From NCBI GenBank assembly GCA_010909165.1, contig MU008191.1, forward strand, positions 124,001 through 188,000: a stretch of 64,000 nucleotides of DNA, read 5' to 3'. Under the pieces are notes generated by a model. That model was given only the letters and a program-made list of their open reading frames with translations, was not told the origin of the DNA and did not search any database. The stretch is from Anthoceros angustus. Taxonomy: Eukaryota; Plantae; Anthocerotophyta. Positions 49,243 through 60,994 of the stretch are shown here, piece by piece. The translations under genes and the position numbers were made by a program. Each line of letters opens with the position of its first letter. The stretch's first letter is position 1.

Positions 49243-52200
49243 TGTGGCGGGACTTTCGCTGATGGCCAGCCGGGCGCGCACAATCCCGTGTCGTTGTAGT
49301 AAGGAGTCCACTCCCAAGAGAATGATGGGCTCCGTTTGCCTCGTTTCAATCATTTCGTCCCTCACGTAGTATCGGTTCAGTCTCAATACACCTATTCATC
49401 GTTTTAAACCTAACTACCCACAATGCTCACCGACAGGCCCGGTGCGGCCAAACGTTTAAGGACCCGTTCGCGTCCGTGTCGTTCAAGTTCGTCACTCAAC
49501 CCTCTAGTCCGTTCCTCTTACCACTCTCACTACTCTCACCATCCTTGGGAAAAGCGCGGGTGGCTACGCGGTCCGGACCTCCTCCGTAGCTCTGCCGGGC
49601 CTCTCCGTCCGGGCTCTGCCGCCCGGAGTTCCTCCGGCTCCACACGTTCCGGCCGTCCAGCGGCACCCTGGATGAGCAAGGGTCCCTAGGCGCTATTCCA
49701 CATACACCACCACACGTTAGGGTCTCACCAAGACCTTGATCTCTCTCCTCCGCTTTCGATGACTCAGGACTCGCGTTAACAAGAAGGCACCCAAGAGCCT
49801 GCCAGAAGACGCGGCATCAACACCAAGAGAAAGATACTTTACTCAGGGCAGCCTCAGCCCTCTTATACTACGCCGAAGGTCGGCACCTTTATTACACCTC
49901 TATTCCGGATGAGGGCTGGCTCGGTCGCCCTAATCGGCCGCCTATTCTCCTATTCCTCCTATCTCCGCCGTCGGTGGTGGTGCAGGATAGATTCTCTTGC
50001 ATGGCCCAAGGCAGCAGCACGCATCGGGATCCGCGGGACCCTACCTCCCCGGTGCAGGCTGCGCTACGGGCGGGCGGCGACAGCGGTCACCACTAAGTCC
50101 TCCTCCCCCTCCTCTCTTATCTCTCTGGCGGGCCCCTGCACAGCGGGCCCTCCAAGGGATGGATCTGCCGGGGCTGGTGATCGGTGGCTCTCCCCCACTC
50201 CCTGAGTCTGGACCTCAGGACCCCGTCTCGACTTCGGAGTCCGGACTTCTAGGTCCGGCCTTCCCTGTCACGACATAGGGTTAGGGTAACCATGGTTAAG
50301 AGGTATAGTTAGGTTAAAAGGTATAGTTAGGGTTAGGGTAACCATGAGTGTAAAGGCTACTTAAGCCACAATCAGTCGTAATGAAGGCAGAGCTAGTTGT
50401 GTGCTTCCACATTGCTCGATCGCTGACCAAGTTCATGGTACAACCTGTATCGAGCGGTCGGATTGTTGGTGGGGATGGCGGCGATTTGAATCGGTTGCAT
50501 CGCAACTATCGAGCTACGCGATTCGATCGACATGAGGAGGTGGTAGCACGATTTCAAGCGAGCGACCGGTTCCGACGGCCGAGGGTGAGATACGTGGCCG
50601 CCCTTGGGGTACACTTTGTACAGGCGAAGGGCAGCATGTGGGTATTTTACTAGGCGGAGTTGTGTAGAGAGGCTTTATCGGTACCTGGAAGGACCTGCTT
50701 GATTTGGAGCGAGCGAGCAAGGGCTGGATTTGCCTCACGGCGAGATCGAGGGAGAGCTCTGCCAGCGAAGGTTTTGCGAGGTACTGGGGCCACAATGTGG
50801 ATTTCGAGGGGAGACTACCGCCACCATCTTGCCGGAATAACTGCCAATCCCCCACACCGTCATAGGCGGTCGAGGGCGTGACCCAGGGCCCTTGTGCTCT
50901 ATACCGCCCAACGGCAGCAAGGGTGGACACGCCACGACAGGCGACGGAGGATCTAACGACCGGCTCACCGAGGAGGCAACGGGCGAATAAGAGGCGATCA
51001 ACTCGCGGGGCTTGAGGTCATGCCAAGGGCACTACAGATCATGTACTAACCTTGGTGTAAGCTGGACATGAAATCCCGGGCCGCAGCGAGGGCTCTGTGG
51101 TGTCTGGCAAGGTGATTCCCAGGCCAGTCCGCGGCCTTGTGGTACTTGCACCAAGATTGCTGTGCAAAGACTGTTCTTGTGTGTAAATTGAGTCGAAATC
51201 CCGGGCTGAAGCGACAGCCCTGTGGCTCACAGGGAGGCTGTTCCCAGGCCAGCCGCGGCCTTGTGGTGCCTCCGTCGAGGGTTTTGCTCGATGAGTCGCA
51301 AAGTGTGAAGCTTCTCGACGATCCCGGCGAAGATGATCCTTCCGATGCCCCTCCTTCCTCTCTGCAGGCATGCGGAACCCCAGAATTGTCACCAAGGTGA
51401 TCTACCTTGGTGAGCATGTTCCGATGGACAATGATCCTAGCCATTGCTCTCACCCTCACATCGGCAAACTGACATCAACCGTTGGGTTGGGTTGCAGCCC
51501 CTGCTTTATGACGCGGCCTTTGCCGCCTCATTTTTCCTGCGGCCTTGGGGGTTCCAACCACGCCCCCAATTTCCTCCGGACGGGCCAGTCACCCCTCGGG
51601 ACCTCCACGGTCCACCTCCTAGGGTCCTCTCAAGGCTCTTAGATCGAACCTCCTGGCTGGCGCCAACATCTTCCGGCGTACTCCCGGACGGGCGGCTGTT
51701 GTCGAAGGTCATGACACGGAAAACGTCCAGGTGCCACTCCTTGACCAGCTCCCCCGCCTCCTCCAGCCACGGCCCGAAGTCCGGGTAGCGCTTGGTGACG
51801 ATGTTGCGCTCCACCAAGCACCATGGCTCACAAACCTCCGCCGCCTTCTTGGGTCCCATCCTCCCGCTCCCTCTGTCCCGCTGCTGAGGCGTGAAGCTCC
51901 ACAATCTTTCGCTCCTTAGTCGCGGTGTCAGTTGCTTCACTCGCCAATTCGAATGCGCGAAGGATCTTTGGAGCAATAAAAAGACAACGCCAGAGCCGGG
52001 TGTAGCGCGAGAATGCGAAACTTCGCCGAAGTTGTTTGGAAGAATGACCTCCGCCTCACTTCTCTCCGCGGAAGTAACCGGCGGGGCGGCTCTTTCTTGT
52101 CCGTGGCGCCGAGCTGCATGGCCCGCTTACTTCCGCCCACTCGGCCTTACTGCCGCGCGCTGAGCGTGAATACCTGCATGCGGCCAGCAGCATGCTACTA

Positions 52201-52509
52201 CGGCTGCTGCGCATGCCGTCTTCCATTCGAGGCCATCCACGTGGTGCGCCTGTCTAACTCACGCCCCAACTTCTAAATTACCTTACTAGGCGCTTATCCC
52301 ATTCGACCGGAGGGTCCGGACTTATCCGATACTCGGTCGTGGTCCGGGGTCCCGGAGTGCGGGGTCCGTTACCGAGTCAGTGCACTCGGATTGTGCTCGG
52401 TGCCGTCGTCTTATTCCTCCTTTTCCGTCTCATTTTACACTCCATTCCTACGAAAAAAAAAAAACAAACCCCGCTTATTTCCCAACCCAAGGGGAGTCCG
52501 TTGTCCACA
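49243..52509 (-). mobile_element. Solo giant LTR, third subfamily, with perfect TSD CAGAG; internally rearranged; ORF ATG at 51859
   Basis: CAGAG|TGTGGCGG...GTCCACA|CAGAG. Encodes MGPKKAAEVCEPWCLVERNIVTKRYPDFGPW..KEWHLDVF and RVRAMARIIVHRNMLTKVDHLGDN. Confidence 0.92.
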
Positions 52510-53295
52510 CAGAGTCAGAATAAGCATATTCACCATCCTCAAATCTGCGCTTGGCACAAGCAGCTTTGGAAAACTGTTTCACTTTCCTTGGCAGGTTTGG
52601 AGGGTACACCCATGCCTAGTCTCTCACCAAATGGCCGACTAGCAACAACAGCAGCCCTTCTCTGAGCCAACACAGCCTTCGTGACACCTAGTGGGCGCCT
52701 GGGCGTGAGACATACCCTCCGCGTCGATCACATGAGGAGGCAATCTCTCCTTTCTCCTGGCGAGGCAGTCCTAGTAGAGTGAACCTCCTAGGTCATCTCA
52801 CGCATATTAACGTGGGAGCAAGGATCTCACAGTCGGAAGAAGAAGACATTGTAAGAAGCGCAATCTTTCTCTCGATACGCTCAATGGCAATAAGATGAGA
52901 GCGAAAAAGAGGATTATAAAGGGGATGTACCTCATAACTGGTGGCTTCATACTGGCGCAATGCATGTTTCCCGTTTGGCCACTATCGGGCGTAAACCGCA
53001 CACGAAGTCGAACAATTGTGAGATAGCCTCAGCTGAACTCGAGCACACAAGCAGCTCGCGTTTCAGAGACAGTCCTTCTCATAACCAACAAGTGGGAGTG
53101 ATGAAATAGGGTGTTGGAGTTATGATAAGGGTTTAGGGTTTATTAATATCCCACACATATAGTATGAATAGGCACTTCAATATATTTTCTTTCAACCTGT
53201 TCATTAGGGATATACTCCTTATAAATTGTCATTAACACACTTATAGGAATTTGAGGGGTTAACACATATAGGAATTTGAGTGGCCAACACACACA

Positions 53296-55702
53296 TAGGA
53301 ATTTGAGTGGCCACAAAAAGCTATACAGTCTGGTTTTAGCAAACCAAAATTCGTTTTGGCCGCATGGTACACATCATGTCCCGGAGGGTGCCGTCGCTCA
53401 GCCACGGGGCGTAACTACCAGCGCTCAACCACATGTAAGTACATATCCGATTTAAGTTTTGATTGTAGAGCCCCGAAGGGCTTAGGTCAAAAAGTAGAGT
53501 ATGCCGCTTTATGTATCCCGCACGCGGTATTCTTTAGTAAAAGGCGAAAGAATAGTTTGCTCTGTGCTGAACACACGGCTCGTACATACCTCTTCTCGGA
53601 TGTAACTTGGTTGTACAATGTAATTCAATAGAAGAAGATCCTCGATCAAGAACAGTAACTTATAATGCTAGTACAATCCTCAAGTCATACAGGTCGACCC
53701 GTATACTATAGTATATACTAGCATCATGCCTGACTCTGGGTTATGGTCCCCAGTTTCTGGTAATGAATCCACCGTGATAATGAATCCATCGATTGTTGAA
53801 GGTTGTGTCTCCTTTAAACTCCGTCTTGGTGAGAGTTTTCATTTCATCTGGATATTTGCTCTCAACGTTGCTTCCGCTTTTTGCACAACATTTGCTCGCT
53901 GACAATGCTGCGTGCTCTTCCACCGTGGGATCCAAATCAGGTGCTCTACCATTGTACCAGTAATCACTTGATGCAAAGAGCCCAACTTCACAGTTAAAAT
54001 GCACTTGATGCTTAGAGTACGGCCCTGAATACTAGAGCCCGTAAAGTGACGTCATCAAGGAGAACGAACTTCCCTCGGTTTAGGTTTCAGACGGGACATT
54101 CGCTCTTTCCGTGCACAAGAATGCTCCATCCTCATGACGCACCCTTATCCTAATGCCCAATCGCAAGTTTGCGCTTCCTCACCGTGCGGTCCCATTTAGG
54201 ATATTTTACGAGCATCTTCACTCGAATACGCAAATTGAGAAAGAGATTCATTGAGAAAACTTTATCATGGACCCATCATAGCTTCATGGACATCCTCATA
54301 AAAATTCATCATCACCCAAGGTTTGGATATGCTAATCCTAATCTCCAAACTGGAAAATGGGCCATTCGAAAAGAGGCCACCCATTGGCTTGTAAACTCGC
54401 TAAGGTTCAATGCATCTTAAAGGAATCTTGCCTTCATGTTCATCATTGGGCATGAAGACGGTATCTATCTATTATGTTGGAAAAATCCACATGTTGCCCA
54501 TAGTGCCTGGCACATATGTTGAAAGATCCGAGGTGGAGAATCGTTATGGAAAAATCTCAAAGATATGAGATGAAGAATTGCTATGAAAAAAATCTCAAAG
54601 AGGTGAAGAATTGCTGGGAAAAAAATCTCAGAGCTCGGAACCCACCCAAAACCACTGAAAATGAGTAGGTTCATCCTCTAGAAGTTAACTATCTCATATT
54701 TTAAGGGCATTCACCAGCTCCAAACAAACCACTCAAAACGAGTATGTTAATCCTCTAAGGTTAACTATCCCATATTTTAAGGGCATTCACCGACTCGAAA
54801 CGGAGGTACTAGGAGAATGATATTATAGTGAGAATAACCACCACACGTGATGGCATAATCGGGTGAAAGCGCCGGCAATAACCCGTAACTAGACTAAATA
54901 GGAGTAACTTAAGATGCCAATTTAAAAAAAAAATTGTGCCGCCAAATGCTCAAAGGAGGGCGGGGGAGGGAGAGGCCCAATACACAATTAGGAATTTGAG
55001 TGGCCACAAAAAGCGATACAGTCTAATTTAACCAAACCCGGATTCGTTTTGGCCGTATCGTAAGAAAACGTTTTGGCAGCAAGGTACAGTACCGTACCCC
55101 AAGGGGTGATTCGGCGTTAATTAATTAAAATTAGTAAAAGTTAAAAATCCAGAAAATATTATACTTAAAATGTTGAATAGGTAAAAATTTATGAGTTTAT
55201 GATGCCGAAAATAAGGAAATTAGGGTTTGTGTGGAAAATTAGGGCCTATTTAGGGGAGGTCTATATATATCCATTAGTTTTATATATATACCTATGTATT
55301 TTAATAAATGTTGAAATTTGATAAAATTATTTTTTGTAAATATTGAAATTTTAAAAAATATAAATATTTATGTTGAACCTTATTTTTTTCAAAAAAATAA
55401 TTATTTCAACATTATCCTGTTGAAACACCTCTCGGGGTACGGTACTCATTTTGGACGCATGGGAGGATCACGTAACATAGGATGCCGTGGCTCAGCCATG
55501 GGGCGCAACGAACGACATCGCAACAGTCTATCAGCTGTGGCACAGATCCGATTTAAGTTTTGATTGTAGAGCTCCGAAGGGCTCAGCCCAAAAAGTGGAG
55601 TATGCCGCTTTTTGTGTCCCGCGCACGGTATTCTTTAGTAAAAGGCGAAAGAATAGTTCGCTTTGTGCTGAACACACGGCTCATACCCTACCATTCCCGG
55701 AT
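53296..55702. repeat. Dispersed direct repeats (53296-53600 similar to 54989-55055 plus 55546-55702); probable non-autonomous DNA transposon debris
   Basis: TAGGAATTTGAGTGGCCACAAAAAGC and TCCGATTTAAGTTTTGATTGTAGAGC..GCTGAACACACGGCTC each occur twice. Confidence 0.75.
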
Positions 55703-55806
55703 GCTAGTCTAAGTAGGACCACAGTTGCTACGCAGGTCTTCTGCGTGATATGGGGTATACCCGACAAGCCAATCAAGACTTCGTTGCCCGATTGTTGTCG
55801 ACGTTA

Positions 55807-55914
55807 TTATTATCCCTTTTATCGTGAGATGCCTTATTATCCCTTTTATCGTGAGATGCCTTATTATCCCTTTTATCGTGAGATGCCGTATTATCCCTTT
55901 TATCGTGAGATGCC
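55807..55914. repeat. 27-bp minisatellite x4 (TTATTATCCCTTTTATCGTGAGATGCC)
   Basis: Direct reading; YYPFYREMP x4 in the ORF track. Confidence 0.95.
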
Positions 55915-56144
55915 TGCGGAGGCGGATAAGGAGATGCGCTCGCTGAAGGGCTGTTCACGTTTCGGTCAGAAATAGCACCGGTATTGCGTAATTGAAAACC
56001 GAGCTTGCCAATCCTTTTTATGTTCATTCTTCTGATGACAAGAAATAGCGGGCCGTACCGCAATAGAGAACAGGCGAGCTGATGCGGCCAGATGATGCTA
56101 GAAATGGGAACATGCGTCTTGTTCTACTATCGCGCATGGGGGGT

Positions 56145-59100
56145 TTAGGGCGGTCTAATCTCCTCCAGCTGCGATCCTAAACTCTTCAGCAAGTCAGTCA
56201 GTTGCTTATGCCGAGGACTCTGGCAGTCTCCTACCACAAAAATGTGTACTTGGTGGTCATGCTCGATCCAACTCAACCCGGGGTTCTTCCATGCGCCTTG
56301 TTTTCGTCTCAGGCTGTGCACCTCCCATGCATGATCCAACAAACCAGCACCAGCATAAATGTGTGCCATCAACACATATGCAGCAGAATGCTTCGGCTGA
56401 AGATGCACCGCATGAGTGAAGGCATGTTCTCCCAGGGGCACATTGCCATGTTTTCGACAGGCACTCAGCAAGCACAACCACATGGACAGTGCAGGCTCCA
56501 TGGGCATGGTTGACAGCAGGTGTTGTATACTTTTGAAGGATCCAGCACGACCGAATAGGTCCACCATGCAGACGTAATGCTCCACCTCTGGAGTTATGCC
56601 ATGTTCAGTCCTCATGGATTCAAAGTACTCAACCCCTTTCTCCACCAAGCCAGCATGACTGCATGCAGAGAGGAGTGAAAGAAACGTCACCCCATTTGGC
56701 TCGAAGCCTGCGACATGCATTTCATCATAACATTGCAGAGCTTCTTGGCCCAGCCCATGCTGAGAGTATCCGGAAATCATGGCATTCCATGTCACCACAT
56801 CCTTTGCAGGTAATTTGCGGAAGACTTTGCGAGCATCTTCTAGACTTCCACACTTTGCATACATGTCCACCAGGACAGGAAAGAGCTCGGTTTCGAATCC
56901 GCGGTCCTGAACCTGGGAATGAAGGTGCTTCCCCTGCTGTAAAGCCCCAACACTGGCACATGCTTTCAAAAGACAAGCAAACATAGTGTGGTCCATGGGA
57001 GGTAAGCCCTCCTCTTGCATCTTTGAATACAGAGAAATGGCTTCCTGACTGAGCCCTTGCTCAGCATATCCGACAATCATCGCAGTCCATGTCACCACAT
57101 CTCTTGCAGGCAGTCTGTCAAAAACCATGCGTGCATCCTCTAAACTCCCACATTTGGCGTACATGTCAACCAGGCAGTTGCCGATGACAGTATCGAGTTC
57201 AAGCCCTTTGCCCTGGATCTGGGAGTGAATTTGTCTCCCCTGATGCAAATCTCCAACAGTGGCACAAGCTTTCAAGAGGCAGGAAAGCAAAACATCATCA
57301 GCACTTACGATGCCCTCCTGTTGCATACTTGCATAGAGAGAGAGCGACTCTTCACCGCATCCATGCTGAGCATAACCATCAATGATCGCAGTCCATGCCA
57401 CCACATCTTTTGTGGTCAATTTGTTAAATACTCGGCGGGCATCCTCTAAGCTCTGGCACTTCGCGTACATGTCCACTAGGCTGCTACCAAGAACCAAATC
57501 ATCTTCTAAACCTTGGTCCTGGATTTCAGAATGAAGTCGCTTCCCGTAATGTAGAGATCCAAGAATTACACAAGATTTGAGCAGACACACGAATGTAACA
57601 ACATCAGCTAGAATGATGCCTTCTTGTTCCATACATGCATAAAGAGACAGACAGTCCTCTCCAAGCCCATGGTGAGCATATCCAGCGAGCATTGCATTCC
57701 ATGTAACCACATCTTTTGTTGATAAGCTGTCAAACACTGAGCGTGCTTTGTCTAGGCTGCCACATTTTGCATACATGTCCACCAAGCAGTTGCCAATAAC
57801 AACATCATCTTCCAAACCTCTTTTTTGTATGTGCGAATGGATCTCTTCGCCCTCACGTAGAGCTCCAATGCTGGCACATGCTTTCAAAAGGCACACAAAT
57901 GTAACATGATTGGCTGGAATAATGCCATCCTTCTGCATCATCACGTAAAGGGTAAGAGATTCTTGAGGGAGCCCATGCTCTGAATATGCGGAAATCATGG
58001 CAGTCCAGGACACAACATCTTTCGTTTGCAACCCATCAAACACATAACGAGCATCCCCTAAGCTCCCACAGTTCGAATACATGTTCACCAAGCTGTTGCA
58101 AATAACTGCATCGGTTTCCAATCCTTGGTTCTGTATCTGGGAATGGAGTTGCATCCCTTGACATAAATCTCGAATGCTCGCACAGGATTTTAAAAGGGAG
58201 GCAAACAGAACGTTATCAGGTGGGGTTGTGCATTCCGATCGCATCAGCGCATATAGGGCAAGGGCTTCTCGACCAAGACCATGCTCAGCATATCCCGCAA
58301 TCATTGCAGTCCATGTCACAACGTCTTTGGTAGCAAGCGTGTCAAAGACTCTGCGAGCGTCATTCAAGCTTCCACATTTGGCATACATGTCCACCAAGCT
58401 GTTGCCAAGAAGCACATCAATATGCAGTCCCTGTTCTTGAATCTGACAATGAAGCTGCCTCCCCTCGTGTAAAGCTTTAGAAGTACTGCACGATTTCAGC
58501 AGGCAACAAAATGTGACAGGATCAGGAGTCATGCCCTCTTGTTGCATCCTTGCATAAAGATCAAGGGCTTCCGAGCTAAGCCCGTGCTGAGTGTACCCCG
58601 TGATCATTGTCGTCCAAGTCACCACATTTTTGATGGGCAATGCCTCAAACACCCTACGAGCATTTCTCAAGCTGTCAGATTTCACATACATGTCCACCAG
58701 GCAATTTGCGATAGCCAGATCTGCCATCGAGTCCCTTTCCAGCAAGAGGGCATGGAGCTTGCTGCCCTGATGTAACGCTCCAATGCTGGCACATGCTTTC
58801 AAAATGCACAGAAATGTAACATTATCAGATGCAGTGGTGTGCTCCAGACACATATGAGAATGAAGAGAGAGACAGGCCTCAACTTGCCCATGCTGGACAT
58901 AGCCTGAAATCATCGTATTCCACGAAACCACATCTTTTGTGGTCAAACAGTCGAAAACCCTGCGAGCATCGTCCAAGCTGCCACATTTCGCATACATATC
59001 AACTATGCCGTTGCCAACAAACACATTGTTTTCAACTGCACTTTGGAGAACATCAGCATGCACCTGCTTGCCCCATGTTAAGTCTGCCTCGGTTGCACAT

Positions 59101-59660
59101 GCTTTGAGGACGGCCACAAAGACATAGTCGTTGCGCTCCGTACCTGACTGCCGCATTTTTGCATACAGTTGTATAGCCTGCGTACCCTGTCCAAGTTCAA
59201 CATGCGCTGAGATAATGGAAAACCACATATAAGAATTTGGTGCACCATGGTGGGCAAACACTTCCGTTGCTTCCTGCAATTTCTTGTGGGCCGCATACAT
59301 CCGGATGATGTTGTTGGCCAAAAAGGTGTTGGACTGGTATCCACTTCTAACACTGACAGCATGAACACGACTGCCATGAACCAGAAACTTGTCTGCCATG
59401 CACTTTCTGACCGCATCATAGAAAAGACGCAAGGAAACATAAGACCCTCGGTCCACCAGGATCTCCAAAGCCTTGACAGCTTCAACAACCTCTCCATCCT
59501 GAAATGCTGTTCCCACATCAACATCTGCTTCACACTGTGCCACCCTGCATTTTTGAGGGGCTGTCAAAACAAGGTGGGTACCCCAGGACTCTAAACTGGG
59601 TGCCCCAGAAAAAACACAGTGGCAAAAGCAGCTCAGTGGCGGAAATGGACCTTCCAGCAC
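56145..59660 (-). CDS. PLS-class pentatricopeptide repeat protein with E and E+ regions and no full DYW; true start uncertain
   Basis: 1171-aa open frame with many P-L-S triplets (LVDMYAKCGSL.DAR.VF, DVV.W.AMI), an E domain and PG box KNPGLSWIE, then a stop. Confidence 0.95.
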   Translation of the reverse strand: MLEGPFPPLSCFCHCVFSGAPSLESWGTHLVLTAPQKCRVAQCEADVDVGTAFQDGEVVEAVKALEILVDRGSYVSLRLFYDAVRKCMADKFLVHGSRVHAVSVRSGYQSNTFLANNIIRMYAAHKKLQEATEVFAHHGAPNSYMWFSIISAHVELGQGTQAIQLYAKMRQSGTERNDYVFVAVLKACATEADLTWGKQVHADVLQSAVENNVFVGNGIVDMYAKCGSLDDARRVFDCLTTKDVVSWNTMISGYVQHGQVEACLSLHSHMCLEHTTASDNVTFLCILKACASIGALHQGSKLHALLLERDSMADLAIANCLVDMYVKSDSLRNARRVFEALPIKNVVTWTTMITGYTQHGLSSEALDLYARMQQEGMTPDPVTFCCLLKSCSTSKALHEGRQLHCQIQEQGLHIDVLLGNSLVDMYAKCGSLNDARRVFDTLATKDVVTWTAMIAGYAEHGLGREALALYALMRSECTTPPDNVLFASLLKSCASIRDLCQGMQLHSQIQNQGLETDAVICNSLVNMYSNCGSLGDARYVFDGLQTKDVVSWTAMISAYSEHGLPQESLTLYVMMQKDGIIPANHVTFVCLLKACASIGALREGEEIHSHIQKRGLEDDVVIGNCLVDMYAKCGSLDKARSVFDSLSTKDVVTWNAMLAGYAHHGLGEDCLSLYACMEQEGIILADVVTFVCLLKSCVILGSLHYGKRLHSEIQDQGLEDDLVLGSSLVDMYAKCQSLEDARRVFNKLTTKDVVAWTAIIDGYAQHGCGEESLSLYASMQQEGIVSADDVLLSCLLKACATVGDLHQGRQIHSQIQGKGLELDTVIGNCLVDMYAKCGSLEDARMVFDRLPARDVVTWTAMIVGYAEQGLSQEAISLYSKMQEEGLPPMDHTMFACLLKACASVGALQQGKHLHSQVQDRGFETELFPVLVDMYAKCGSLEDARKVFRKLPAKDVVTWNAMISGYSQHGLGQEALQCYDEMHVAGFEPNGVTFLSLLSACSHAGLVEKGVEYFESMRTEHGITPEVEHYVCMVDLFGRAGSFKSIQHLLSTMPMEPALSMWLCLLSACRKHGNVPLGEHAFTHAVHLQPKHSAAYVLMAHIYAGAGLLDHAWEVHSLRRKQGAWKNPGLSWIEHDHQVHIFVVGDCQSPRHKQLTDLLKSLGSQLEEIRPP

Positions 59661-60994
59661 TCTTCAACGCCGGCTCAGAACGCTCAGTGGCAGAAGTCAG
59701 AGTCTCTCCTGGTCCATGCTTCCCGTGAACCCATGCACACTGTGTACAGGGTCTGAAATCGGCGTGCACCTTTGAAACAAGATGAAATGGTGCAACCATC
59801 AGCAAACAGCAGTTGAGGACCGAAGGAACCTTTCATTCTCTGTCCATGCATCGGGTACAACCACAAACAAGAGGCACCCACCTCATTCAAGCTGTTGTTC
59901 CACCAGTGTGCACGCTGCTCCGAAATGCTAATTGCAGATGTGCAATGCTCCGCTGTGCCGAGCAACAAGGACAGATGTCTGTTGACGTTGGGTTTGCTTT
60001 GAATAAGGAGAGAAACAAGCATTTGGCTCTTCATCTGTGTGGCACCTTCCCCATCTCATTCTGACACGAAGAGCACATGTTCTATCGTTTAGGCAGGGTG
60101 TCAGTGGACTCTCCTTGTGGGTCACGCCTGACGGCGCTCAAGTGCAACTGGCGTATCTGTGGCGTGTATGTGCACGGAAAGAGGGAAGGTGGCAGCGAAA
60201 GCTTTGTTTCTCAGCGAATTCTCAGCAGTTTGGCCGACTGGAGCAGGCACAGTAATGAGGGAACAACTTGCGGTCGACCCTTTTTCCGGTTCGGGTTGTT
60301 GAGGGAACAACTTGAGGAATCTTCGAAGATTCCTGTACTGCCCAGGTGATGCTTCATTGCCCTCGCCTTCCTGAGGCCACCCCTGAAAATCTGTGGGCTA
60401 CATGGACGCCAAACTCAGTACTTGGTGATGGAAGTAGAATTGGGCAAGAGTTCTCGTAACTGCAGCTTGCCAGACCGACCGGATCCTCGACGATGATGCT
60501 TCAGTTGCAGTCCCTCTTATCAACAAAGCCACTCTCATCAATTGAAGGAAGCGGACCTACTCCCTCGGGACACGTTGAAGGAGAATACTGGTCCGGGAAA
60601 AACGATTATTGATGCCTCCAACGGACGATGCAGGCTCCTCGCATGCCACATGCCAGCACATGAAAATCGTCCAGACAAGGCAGAGAGTCCTATGGGATGC
60701 ATATTCAGCGCTGCCCGAAAATCCGTTTCGCCGACATCCTGCTTGTTGATGAGGTGAAAACAACCCATACTGGACACAGCCAGCAATCTTGAGACAGGGG
60801 AAGGCATATCTCAAAGTTTCCATTTTCCCTATGTGAATTCACGAAAGAGAGAAAATTGCCATTTCAGAAGGCGACCTGTCCTGCTGTACTTGCACATGGA
60901 CCCCAAACATGACGTTCCAGCAGTAGTTGCATCAAAAGGTCACTCAGCTGTAGATGGACTTGGTGTGATCTCTTAGCTCACTGTGAGCTGACGA

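Noticed and set aside
51190-51270. Hammerhead or HDV ribozyme in the GC-rich hairpin repeat
   Set aside because: Catalytic core motifs were not found in the required arrangement.
49243-52509. DNA transposon with TGTGG/CCACA TIRs
   Set aside because: The same unit flanks gag-pol as direct repeats with a PBS and a PPT, so it is a solo LTR.
55807-55914. CRISPR-like array
   Set aside because: Head-to-tail 27-bp units without spacers in a eukaryotic context; the same applies to 45020-45280.
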